DNA from: Bugula neritina
Lineage: Eukaryota > Animalia > Bryozoa
Assembly: GCA_964035545.1 (NCBI GenBank)
Contig: OZ037765.1
Location: 20,460,995 to 20,524,994, forward strand
Direction of reading: 5' to 3'
Length of the DNA stretch: 64,000 bases
Part shown: positions 26,501-41,300 of the stretch, in pieces
How the letters are laid out: each line of letters opens with the position of its first letter
Numbering within the stretch: the stretch's first letter is position 1
Notes under the pieces: model-generated
The model's database searches: none
What the model was told of the DNA's origin: nothing
The model's input: only the letters and a program-made list of their open reading frames with translations
Program-made: the position numbers and the translations under genes

Positions 26501-27560
26501 TTGTTTTATCATCCAATGGCTGAGTTTAAGTTTACGTTACATACCATGTGGAGTAACAATGGTAAAATCACCAAAATTGATCAAGAAGACAGCACGATTT
26601 TACCAGAATCAGTCCGAGTTTCAGGTATTGTTTCCAATCAGACCATCAATATTCTGATTACTCACTAAATCTTTTCTGTACCCACCACGTTTGCCTTGCA
26701 CTGTACATAGTAATAATACCATACTGAATACTCAATATAATAATTTTTCTAAGCATAACTTGGCCATCAGTCACCCATCATGAATGTTATGACCATTGCG
26801 TCTTCACTATCCAATACCATTACATAATTTATCATTGCTTCCTACCAGCTTTCACTATTATTTATTTCTAACACATCAGCTTCTTAGAGGTCATTACCCT
26901 TGTCCTCATTATTTCAAGTGGTTCGTTACTTTCTTTATTATTGACTTTCAGTTGACTGTATGACTATATGCAAACTATATGGCAAGTCTTGATTTACATC
27001 TATCACCTCAGCATTACAATATTAGCTTCCGACACATAATCCCTTGTCTTATTGAAGTATTTCAATAATCGTAGTGTGCAATAGGTTACAGCATCATATT
27101 TTTTTCTTGATGCAAGTAGGCAACACATTTATAGGTCATGTTCAGGATGTGGTTTTTTTAAATTCCAAATGCTCACCACACAACTTCATGTCCAAATATG
27201 CAGTGTCAAGAGTGAACAGCAATGAGTAATGATGATGCCCCAACTTACTACTAGTGGTCATATACATGTTATTGATTATTTTTAAATCAATTGTGTAGAA
27301 TATTTGTGATTATCAATCACTCATCACTACTTATACTATCTATTACTGGTTTCCGGTATCTGTTAAATAATACATTTTTCCCATAATATTTTTTACTATT
27401 TCAATCAAACCAGAAGCTAATGTCCCCTATATGGTTCAAATTAATGAAATTTTGAACTAATATCCATCATTTTCATTTTGTAGCTCGAGACTCTGATCCC
27501 AATATAACAAAAGAGCCTGATCCCAGTATGTCAGAAGAATCTGATGAAAATGATATGTAA
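23597..27560 (+). CDS. MRTO4: mRNA turnover protein 4 homolog (Mrt4, 60S ribosome biogenesis factor of the uL10/P0 family), about 257 aa, 7 exons
   Basis: Exons 23597-23624, 23804-23862, 24207-24310, 24577-24726, 25676-25904, 26498-26624, 27484-27560. Translation: [19 protein letters not shown]...[11 protein letters not shown]...[15 protein letters not shown]...[14 protein letters not shown]...[13 protein letters not shown], ending in an acidic tail. Confidence 0.96.
24080..24174. mobile_element. Possible decayed hAT (Blackjack-like) miniature element
   Basis: Starts TAGGGTGACCAGATG and ends ...TCACCCTG (imperfect inverted termini); the flanking 8-mers match only 5/8. Confidence 0.3.
25027..25637 (+). 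ncRNA. Candidate structured intronic RNA segments (possible H/ACA-type) in MRTO4 intron 4
   Basis: Two GC-richer islands (25027-25108 and 25464-25637) have stems visible by eye and ANANNA/ACA-like boxes. No family was recognised. Confidence 0.2.
26670..27140 (-). mobile_element. Possible highly decayed Ty3/Gypsy pol relic in MRTO4 intron 6
   Basis: Minus-strand fragments translate to VAY/ASR-like, WPSY and [13 protein letters not shown], in the order expected from RNase H to the integrase zinc-binding region. Many stops and frameshifts. Confidence 0.25.
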
Positions 27561-28177
27561 TAGTATTTGTTTAACACTGAAGCTATTTATTTGATTGTGC
27601 ACAATCATGTGATCAATCAGTATTACAATATTTAGCTTAAAAAATAAATATGGCATACATGGTTATATAAAAAGAGTCTGATTCACAAACAAAACACTAA
27701 CAGCTAAGCTTAATTCACAAATTACCAGATTCAAAAACTTTTTGCAATCAACTGAACCATTGCTAAATGAAGTATATTCATGGAAACCAAGTAAAGTTGA
27801 CAGAAAATACACCATTAACTCTTTGGTGATGAGTTCGAGGTCATTTAAAGAGTTGCCAAGTGCTACTTCAACTATTTAGTGACACAAACTAATACAATAA
27901 TAAGAATCTGAGCTGATATCACCAAAGCTAGCAGAGATTCTACACACTAACAATACTACATTTAGTACCTATATATCAAAGAGAGAAAGAGAGATGTAGT
28001 AACAGGTGTGATTAAAATGCTTGATCCTTCCATGAATTTTGTTGCTGGAATTAAAAACAATGGGAAGAATGAGCACCATTCCAAAAGTGTGCTATCAAAA
28101 AATGAATGAAGCGAAAATTTTCTTCAAATTTGTGAATTAAGTGTTGAGAGCTAGACTAGAGAGTACTATTGGAGTTT

Positions 28178-30481
<2,304 letters not shown>

Positions 30482-32331
30482 TTCTGTTTGGTTGTCTACT
30501 AGTTGCCAGAAAGTGTCGGAGCGACAAAAAAATTCTTAGCGGTGTGCATTCGATTGAAGGCGGAAATAGCTTACTTGCTTGTATATTCAAGTGAACGCGC
30601 AAGAAAATTGTTGCTCACTAATCACTTTTTATTTCATTATGCTTTAGGAAAAAAAGAAAAAAATGAATCGCATACATGAAAAAAATAATTTCATTCAGTA
30701 AAAATAAAATGATTTTAAACCTGGTGTAATATTGTTTAAAAAGAAACTAGTGTATTTGTTGACAATTAGCGAACTATTTTTAAGTTAAAGGCTTGCAAGC
30801 TACAATTCAAAGTGGGCATACGTCATGTGAATTATCGCTTTACTCAGAAAATTGTTTGTAAAAGGAATGCCTACTTCTATAAATAGAAATGACTAATCGT
30901 TGGCTTGGAAGAAGCTCACAACTTCTAAAGTTAGCATTAATACACGCATAATAGTATTACGATAGTAACGTGTTCACTTGATTTCATAAAATATTATAAA
31001 TAAAAACATTTTAACGGCAAAGATTACCACTTTTTTCTGCTAGGTGTAAATATTAATTCAGCATTTGTTTCCATTGATTAGGAAATCACTACATGATATA
31101 TTATTGTACTTTGCTAAGTTATGATATTATCAATAACAGTAAACTTTTTGCTTAAAATAAAATATCAAGCTTGCTGGTTAATGAACCTTCCCCTTCATTT
31201 GTTTTATTATTATTATAAAATGTTGCAATAGTACTTTTTATTTTCGAACAAATATAGTATGCAGAAGTTAAGTTATGGGATAAGAAGGTCCTGTAAATTT
31301 GCACTTCTTTTGGATCTGATTAAGCCATGTGACTGATGCTGAAATGTACTTCTTTAAATGGAAAAAATAGATGTGTGTTTTTCTACTAATGCGGCATAAA
31401 TACATATATATAGTATATAGTACATACACACATATATACTATTTCAGATGAAAATATACTCTATACAATGCACATTTATTTTTGGTTGACCTTGTCATGA
31501 CCAATAACACATAATCAATTAAAAACACAGTTGCTGGAAATCATATACAGTATCTGAAACAAAATATGTCTTATGTTTTTAAGAGAAAATTCTCTAAATA
31601 TAACATGAATTATTTCATATGAGCCATTACAAGTTGAAAAATTCGAGCAAAATATAAAATTACTTAAACCAGTTAAAAAAAAGTAGTTTCCAGAACACCA
31701 CATAACCATTATGCATCATATAAAAATTCACAAAATTGGATCATTATGTAAATAATATAACATGGCATAAAATATTGAAAAATAATAGGCAAAACTACAA
31801 GGTGAAAATAGTAAAATGACAATATAGAATAGATTGAAAAAATATAAAAAGATTATGATGCACTAATAAACCATTCACATGGACGGAAATAATATGAGGT
31901 ATATGTTTTTCATAATAAAACAACTAAAAACAACCCATTTTTAAATATGCAACAAGAAACCAAATATTTTAAAGAGTACAACATAACGCAACTCACAAAA
32001 CACCAGAATATGGATAATTTGCTAACTTGAGTAAAATAATACTATCAAAGTTGAATTTCATTATTTATATACTTCATCAGCTACTCATAAAATATATACA
32101 TAATATCAGTGTATTAAAGAACTTATACCCACTGAATATTATTCAATTTATTAAACCAACAATAATAGATAGAAAACTATTAGAATATTGGTTCAGATAA
32201 AACAGTTTGTCTCCTATATAATAATAGTATTGTAGTGAGTCACCTCCAATGTGTGCAAGTGTTAGAGTGCTTGTAACTGTAAATCAAATGTTAACTAAAC
32301 TACAGCTGCCAAACCTAAGAGAGCCCTACAT

Positions 32332-35300
32332 TTAGAAAGGGTCGCAACTCTCTGAAATCTCGATGTTTGAACTCCAATGAGCGATGTTTTTGAGAGGTGT
32401 ACCATTGATAACAATATCTCTGAGACAGCCTTTATATGATTGAGTGAATAAGCCAGACGTAGATGTCAAAGTATCACCTTGGTAACCAACATTTCCTGCA
32501 AAAGTCAAACATGGTCAGTATAATATGTGGCAGTCTAATATAAAACAGCGTGAAAACTCATCATAAATTGATTTAAAAACACATGTCAACACAAAAGCTA
32601 CCACAAAGTTTACTCCAGTGATCATTAATTGACCTTGCCATACACTTTAGGGTGCCAGTCTTTATTCTTCATTCCCACGTATAAAGTTTGAGTGAAAATA
32701 ACACAAATATGCAATGACGAATCAAATAGCTGAATGAAATACTTACCAAAGTATAGATTTGAGCCAACATCTAAAGCAGTAAATGTCCCAGGGGTGTCGC
32801 CATAGTGATTGAATCCATCTAATTCTACATATATTTTACTTGAATTGCTGAAATAAACCAAGACTGATTATGTGTATGCAAGCAGCAGTATGCAAGTGGA
32901 CCAAGTTAAAGTTTTAAAACTTGTGGAATTTATTGCAGTATGTAAAGAGGAAAACAGTCAAACATGACCTAGCTGCAGACTTAAAATCTGTACTCTGCAA
33001 GCTCAAACACAATGCTATTATTGCATACAATAGAAATGCTATTATGTGCTAATGCCAAAACACACAACCACCCATATTTGATTTGAGCACACAAATATTA
33101 TGTTGCAAATATTTTCGTATGTTTAAATTAAATTCAAACTAAGATAATGTTGTCTCAAATTCCTCATGTCATCACAAACTCAGCTACACACAATTTAAAT
33201 AAAAAACATTATTAAAACCAAACTTCATCAATTCGTGAGTGTAAAATATTATAACTTTTCAAAGTCGAAAACTTGCATTAAAAATTAAATTTTCCCAAAG
33301 CTTTGTTTATAATATTAAGGTTTTCAAGTATGGAATAGATAGCTTTTAAGGAGGATTAAAGTATGACTTTTGCATACTAGCTATTACCTGAATACAGTTA
33401 ACGAGTGCCATAAGCCGTCTGTAACCTTGACAGTATCAATCAGCATTTCATTGTAGGCCTGGTGACCAAATCTCCACGCCAATTTCAGCCTTCCACAACT
33501 TACTCCAATTCCAAAGTAGTCCACATCTACGTTCTACAATAAAAATAGCTTGCTGTGAATGTTCATAGCATAAACTACCCGATTGCATGTATTGCACTGT
33601 CTAAGTTTCTAAGCATGAGTGAGGTGATCAAGGATTCTTTCATTAAGTGCCGGGACCTGATCCTTCTACATGTATGGAACCTCAGCAAGTGCAAGCTTTT
33701 ATTAGGAAGATTTCCATCAACAAAATAGAAAGCTAAGCTTTAGGCTAATAAAAAACCATTATTTTGAGCGAGAAGTTAAAACATTTAAATAATGAATTAC
33801 TCTAATTTATACGTATATCATGTGTAGAACTAAATGCTTTAATATGCAGCATCAGATTCTAGTTAGAAAGCCAGATCAACTAATAACTATAAATTTTCAA
33901 TATACATTTTATGGTAAAATAATAAAAAAATTAAAATGTAGTTAATTTATCTATAAAAATAAGATGGAAGAGCACTATAACTCTTGGCATACCAAGTATC
34001 AATATTAAATTATCACAACCCAAAAAGTTAAAACATATCACCAAGTTCTGTACGTGAAAATTAATCTTACCATTCCATACCACATTATTACGCCATCATC
34101 AACAGTTGAGAAGTTAAAAGAAACTATGATGTTCTCAGTCATGTTTACATATGGATTCGGTATATCATTCAAAATAATCAAACTATCATTTGTGCCCAGC
34201 AAGTGAAATGAATTTCTTTCAAGCACAGTAGAATCTACAAACATAAAAACAAGAAATTAAATCCCGACGATCAAGCAATATTATACAAGTTTCAAAAGAC
34301 AATTCAAAATTACAAGTTATGATTTGTTTAAATATATAATAAAAATTACATTGCATTTTGTTACTTATACACCTACTCTGATCGCACGCAGGCCCGAACT
34401 GGTGTGAAGGGCAGAGACAATAAACTGAGTCTTCTGTGTATGCTACACATTGAGCGCCTGCTGCACACTTGTCTTTACATAGCACTAGATTCTCGCATGT
34501 TTCCCCATAATACCCCTGTAAACAATTCACTAATGAATCAATGTGCAGAATGTTGGTAGAACAGGCAGATTGCAACCCACTTTGAAAGAGTAGATGATCA
34601 ATAAATTTCTAGTGATGAGGAGGCACTAGGTACTCATAATAGCAAAAGTGGTGAATAGAAATCAAATCTTGATGAACAATTTTAGTAATAAATAATAATT
34701 CCTTTACAATTACTTTTTAACTGTTCAAGCTTGTAAGCAAACAATATTTTAACCTTCTCTAAGGGCTTTGTTTAAAAAAACTTTGCCCTCATCGAGATTC
34801 GAACCACAGACCTCCAGCTTGCAAGCAGGCGCGCTAAACCAAATTATACCACAGGGGCAGCTGGGTAAACTCAACACTACATCCCACCCAGTTCTCTGAA
34901 CTCCAGTGGCCTCTCTACTACTCATTCAGTCTTCAGGCTCCCCTGGCCACTCAACTCCCTCGGAGTACTACTACACTTCACTAAAGGCCGAAACAGCTTC
35001 AAAAATATTTGCCCCCCCCCCCCCCCACCGAGATTCAAACCACAGACCTCCAGCTTACAAGCAAGAGCACTAACCAATTACGCCACGGGGGCAGCTGGGT
35101 AGACTCAACACTACACTTTGAATAATTTTTTGTTAAAAAGAATATTAAGAAACTATTTATTTAGTCAAGGAACATTCTCTACAGTTGGAATTAACACTCT
35201 TATAAAACTCCCACTTCATCATATCTCCTACCTCACTGCATATACATGTCTGGTTGCTTAAATCAGCCTGTTTTGAGCAACTGGCCCCATTTTGACACAC

Positions 35301-38300
35301 AACTTTGCCGCATTCACCTCCGCTGCAATCTTGGACATTCACACCTGCCATTACATCTGCAATATGAACACAAGGCTTATGATTAACACTACAACAAATA
35401 CCTATGCATATTAAGTATCAGTACGCCATGATGCATATGCTGAATCAGTATGGGAAATTAAACTGATGTCATTTTAAGCAATAAACACTGAGACTCAGTT
35501 AGTTGCACTTACCTTCATTAGTAAGTGGAAAATCTATATTATTAACTGTAAGTTTTCGGACACATCCTCTGTAAGCTGCAGGATCTCCTAGCAAAGCCTT
35601 AGGACTAATTTTACCTAGATCTGGGGCCCCACCTGATTAAATTAATTACAAAAGACTATGTTTGAGATTTTGTAAATTTACAAAACATTATTTGTCAATG
35701 ATTTCAATAAAAAAATTCAAAAAATGTTGCAGATAAATCATAAAATGAAATTGGATGGTTTTTTGGTATGTGCCTATGTTGAATTTACTGTTTTAAAGCT
35801 TTATATTCTCAATTATAATCACAAAAACTTAAGGTATGTACCGCAACTTTACCAGCACATCATACTGCTAACATTTTCATTGAACATATGCTTCTAATAA
35901 ATAAAATCGACCATCTTTAAATCAAAGTACCACTTATTTAATTTACAACTAAATATAATTGTTGAAGCAACTGTTACTTTAAAGCAGAGATGTCAGTTAC
36001 CTAGATAGAAATATTTGCCAACATCTAAAAGACTGTAGAAACCTGGTGCAGTGCCATAAACAGCTTCTCCATTTAATGCCAACATTGCACTCTTTTTATA
36101 TCTTCTGAATAACAGAATATTCCAGTCTCCTAGAGTTAGAATTACAACAAAAGCAATAATTTTAGGCACACAAATTTTTAATACAGATGTTACGCAAAGG
36201 TAGCTTAATTTTGAGCATCGTTGAACATACATATTCTTTTAACTATTCCCTAGCAACAAAACATCAAAACTCATTACCTATGCAAATATATTATAGAAAA
36301 TAATTGAATAAATAATAAATATGGTAGCACTGAAAATTTCAAATCAACAGACCTAAAACTGCTGGTGACAATGAGGTCATTATAAAGAGCATCTCATGTC
36401 CCATAGACAGTCGTATCTGCAGTCTCATATCTGCCAGAGACACTGAGATAAAGTCACCGGAGAACTCTGAGTCATGCTGGGAAGCATAGAAGAGCAAGCC
36501 GTCTACACTATCTGGTCGAAACTCTATGGCTATATCCGTCTCTACTCGTATGTCAACGGCTTTTAGCACCATGTGTGATCGCTCATCAGCAAAAAGTGGG
36601 TCAATGATTGAAATATCTAGAGAATAAACAATACTGCAAGTCACAGGCTAAAAACCCCACTTATATTTCAACTGTAAAACTAAACAAATTAGTATAAAAG
36701 TGTCATGTTTATATTTACTCTTGTGATGTCAGCTTTTGATTCATCATTTTTAACCATTTTATGCGGCCTTTCTTTTTACTAGTGAATCAGTTATTATGTT
36801 TATACTATTCACAGTAGGAGGTAGGTGCAGTAATGGAGAAATTGAGAAAAGCCTGTGTTGTATCATTTATCAACATACATATAAATACTACACCGTCACA
36901 ATTTTATACAAGCAGTGCTCTTATGGATAAGATATCATATTGGTAGATGCTTTACAGTTAATAATAATAATAATAATAAAGTATTAGAATTATCAAATAA
37001 AATTATTGTTATATAAGCTGACAAAAAGCACAGGTGTTACTACAGAAAGTTTTACCTTGTGTACAAGATGGCCCAGTTTTGCCTAGAGGACATATGCAGA
37101 CGTATTGCTGATTGGCTGCCGGTAGACAAGTAGATCCCGCACTGCAGTTGTGAGTTCCCAGATCACAGCTAGTAGCTTCTGTAGGCTCATCACAGAACAT
37201 ACCGGACCAGCCAACAGCACATACACACCTAGTACATAGAGATAGCAAGTGTATATGTAACTTGCATTTTATATTATGCGAATTAATATAATATAATGAC
37301 AAGAAGCTTGCTGCAAAACATTGGAGATATACTAACAACTTAAGATAAGTTTAAAACTGTTAACTTTTAATAGGTTAAGTAATGATTAGACTTGAATGTT
37401 ACTTCTATACAAATTTAATAAATTACAATACATAATGTAGTCTTGTAAACCACTTTCCTACATTAAATTAAAAATATTGTTAGTCAAATGAGACAGTAAT
37501 ACATGCCTGAGCTTCTAGCTTATTCAGATTTTAAAATATTTAGGTGACTCAGTTGTAGACTAAAATTACGCCCACTAATTAGATATAACAAAAATTACAT
37601 TAAATTGAAACAAAGTAGCCTATTAATACGTTCAATGACATATAACTTTGTGATATAACATACTGAAAAGATGTCAAATATGTAAAGAAACATTATAAGA
37701 CACCTGAAGCTGGCCCCAAGCTCCTCACAGGTCGCCCCATTATGACAGTTATAGATGGAGCATTCACTAGTCTGGCATTGTTGGACATTTCGGCCTTTCT
37801 CTACAGCACCTGGGGGATAGCCAGGTGTGACCCAGGCATCACTTTCTATTGATTTATAACTTATGCTGTAAAGGCAACCTGAAAAAAAAACATAATAAGA
37901 TAGCACCCGTAGCAATCTATTTTTAGACAATTTAAGATAAAAACAATAACAGAGTTCAACAGCTACCAACAAATTGTCAGTGATAACCATAATTTTGATA
38001 ACCAAAATGTAAATAATGAAAACGTTAGCAATAAACTGAATCAATGTCGCTACTCACCTACAAACTGCTGCACAAACTCAACTTCCTCGGGAATGACTTG
38101 GCTCTCAAGATCAGTTCCGCCCAAATACAAGGATGTCTCTGAATTCATACTTGTCAGTGGTCCGGATGAGTTGGCATTGACCTGAGGTTGATTATCTACT
38201 TGCAAGAAACCCAAAGGACCATTGTGACCAAATGTGACAGTGTGTAAAGTTGAAGAGTTGAAGGTCAACTTCTCTGGAGACATTAACCTGGCATATCCAG

Positions 38301-41300
38301 TTCCAAGGTCAAACAAGAAAATCACATGACCTGTAGAAATATAAAGCATAAGAGAATAATAACTTTATAGATTTAAATTTTACTCGCATTGCGGATAATA
38401 TAAAACCAGAAGCAATCAATAGATTAAGAATACCGTTGCATATTGTCTTTTTTGTGGGTTAAAGCTTTAGCATAAAAAACTTACTTCAATATAAAAATGG
38501 TTTGATACAAAAACATGCAATTTCCTTGTTTTCATTTAATAGCTATTAATAAACTAACGTCCACTAAAATTTATTTTCCAACAATATAAATACCACAAAA
38601 ACCAGAGAGTATATACCTTGACTTAGCCCCAGTGCCAGATAGTCGGAACCCATTCCTTGTTGCCCAGCTTGTCCAGTAAAGAGAATAAGGCTGTTGTTCA
38701 ATGATGATTCCTCATGCAGGATAAACTCAGTGTAAAAAGTGGAACCTTTAGCTATGCCCCAAACCTTTGGGTATGACATAAATGAAGAATACCCATTCAC
38801 TTCAGCTAAAACAATGCAGTAATTCAAATGTTAGCATACTTTTGCTTGATAGATAAAAACATTATTTCCATGACTGAAAATTGCAGAGCAACTGATATGT
38901 CTATATTACATTGCAAATAACACAACTGTTAGTGAGGTTACACCTCTAATGAGATTGAGTTTTTATAAGCTTTGATGTGCAAGTTTTTGAAATTTCAATA
39001 TATATACCAACTAGCTATTTTACAGCTGGCTGTGGTTGTTTTATGATTTCCTGTATATAAATATTAACTGCTCACCTGCAAAAGAAGGTCTGGATATAGA
39101 AACCAGCTGAGAGCAGTCTACACTGTGTCTGCCATAAGGACAGAGACAGAGAAAATCACGACCATCTGGTGTGACAATACAAGATCCACCGTGCAGACAC
39201 GGGTTCACATCACAATGTTGTCTCTCGCAGTACCTCCCGACATAGCTGTGTAAGCAGCTGCAATACCAACCACCGCTGTCCTCTATACACTCCCCACCGT
39301 TCTGGCAGAGATTAGGTTCACATGATGATGTGCTGCAGTGCCCTAATAAAGATATCAAATGTGTACCCATAGTGAACCAACAAAATAAATATTTAGAGCA
39401 TTACACTAGTTGTATAGACTTTAGATAAATTTAAATTTGATACATTTTAAAAGTCTTTTCAAGCCTAAACACAAACTTTAAAAAATATGCATAATAATAT
39501 GTTTATTTGCTTTTCGAACTTTTTGAAATATTTCAGACTTGATTACTGTTTGTTTCAATTTAGTCATGATATATTGTATTATATTATGTCGTAAAATAGT
39601 ACTAAACATTAGCCTATTGCTTACCAATATTCACTCCAGACACAGCTTCATTTATCAAATCAACTTCCAACTGGCCAATAATAAAGCTGAAAATACAGCC
39701 GCTGAAGGAATTGTTGGCATGAAATTGTCCAAAGAGCACTGAGCTCATGCTGGCATCCATATCAGGTGTGAGGGTTACAACAGAAGAGATCTTAGTCTGG
39801 TTGTCAACTGAGATAGACAGAAACAGTGTGCTGCTCACATTGTCTGACTGGAGCCTGCCAAGTGACAGAGAATTGAATCAATACTATGGTTTAGGAATAC
39901 GACCAACAAAAGTTGTAATATAAACTGAGATCCCAAATATCAACATACATGCAAGATATTGACAATTTGATTAAAGGGAATGTAGAATCATGTAGTAGAA
40001 TGACTGAAAAGTTGGTAATATTTGTATATTAAAGGTCTAAATACGTTCGGCATAAACAAGACAAATAAGCAGTGTGGGAGAAGAGGAGTTTGAGTAAAAG
40101 TATACTATTACTTTGTGGAATAAAATACATTTATGGTCAAGAAATTTCTAAATGTTGGTACAAAGGCTGTGTTCCGCATTTGTTGTGTCAGTGAGGAAGA
40201 GAATTTCAGCACAGATTCAATATAAGAGTCTTGCTAAAAAGATGTATCCATGCTTAAATAAAATTTCGGAGATCATGCAACTTAAATTAAACTGTTAATA
40301 CCACAAACCTGACTGACAATGTATGCACATTGCCTTGCAGAGAGTAGTATTGCTGCGTGACGTTAGCCTGAATAAAAGTGTCATGTACAATATTTACTGT
40401 AGCGTCCGTGTCAGTAACCGCAACCTGCAGTGTTGTAGAGTGATGAGTGGCAGTACTAGTAAGTAGTATGCCACTATTGGTGACACTGAAACTGATGAAT
40501 AACTCCAGAATATCACTTGCAGTAATATTGTGAGTCAGACTTGAGCGACCACCAAAAGACGGGTAGTAAATTTCCAGCTCTAAAACAAGCACATGCATAA
40601 CTTCACCAACTGATTAAAACTATAAGAGATTTTATTTTATAAAAAAAAGTTATAAATGCAAAAATTAGAGAAATGAAGAGCTGGATATAGAAGTAGCAAC
40701 TGATTTTATTCTGCTTTGCAGCAAACACGAAAATGCGTTTTATAGAAATAGGAAGACTTTAGAATTTAACACCATATTGCATCAGCAAAGAATCTTCTTA
40801 AAAATGCCTTTTTATTAAATCTAGTAACTTAAAATTTAAATGTCAATTAACTGAGTTGGTCAATTCAAATCTAAAAAAATTAATTCTAAAATTATGAAAA
40901 TTTAACGACCTAATCCATAATTGAGAAGTTTTAAGTTGAGGTATAATCCAACAAAGTTGCAATCTACATTTGAATAGTTTTACTGCTTCCAGATAACAAA
41001 TAAAATGAAATGAAACATCAACACAGAAGATAATGGTGACAAACCTTGCTCACAACGAGCTCCAGTATAAAATAAAGGACAAAGACAAACATATCCATTG
41101 GAGAGGTCACTGTTGGTAGAATCTATACAGCTGCCGCCATTGACACAAGTCACGCAGTCACACAAAGACCCTTCATCAGCTGAAGATATTTCTACAATTA
41201 AAAATAGTAAAGTATAATTGTGGACCAGTTTATTCATGACAATAATTATTCTTTGCTAGTGTTGAAGAAAATTGAACAAAGAGATTTATTACAAATAAAA

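Noticed and set aside
34882-35009. GGCCGAAAC (plus strand) and CTGAAGA (minus strand) in the dimer spacer, suggesting a hammerhead ribozyme or retrozyme
   Set aside because: The two catalytic core halves are on opposite strands and I could not assemble a CUGANGA-stem II-GAAA core on either strand. An RNAMotif or Infernal scan of the family consensus would settle it.
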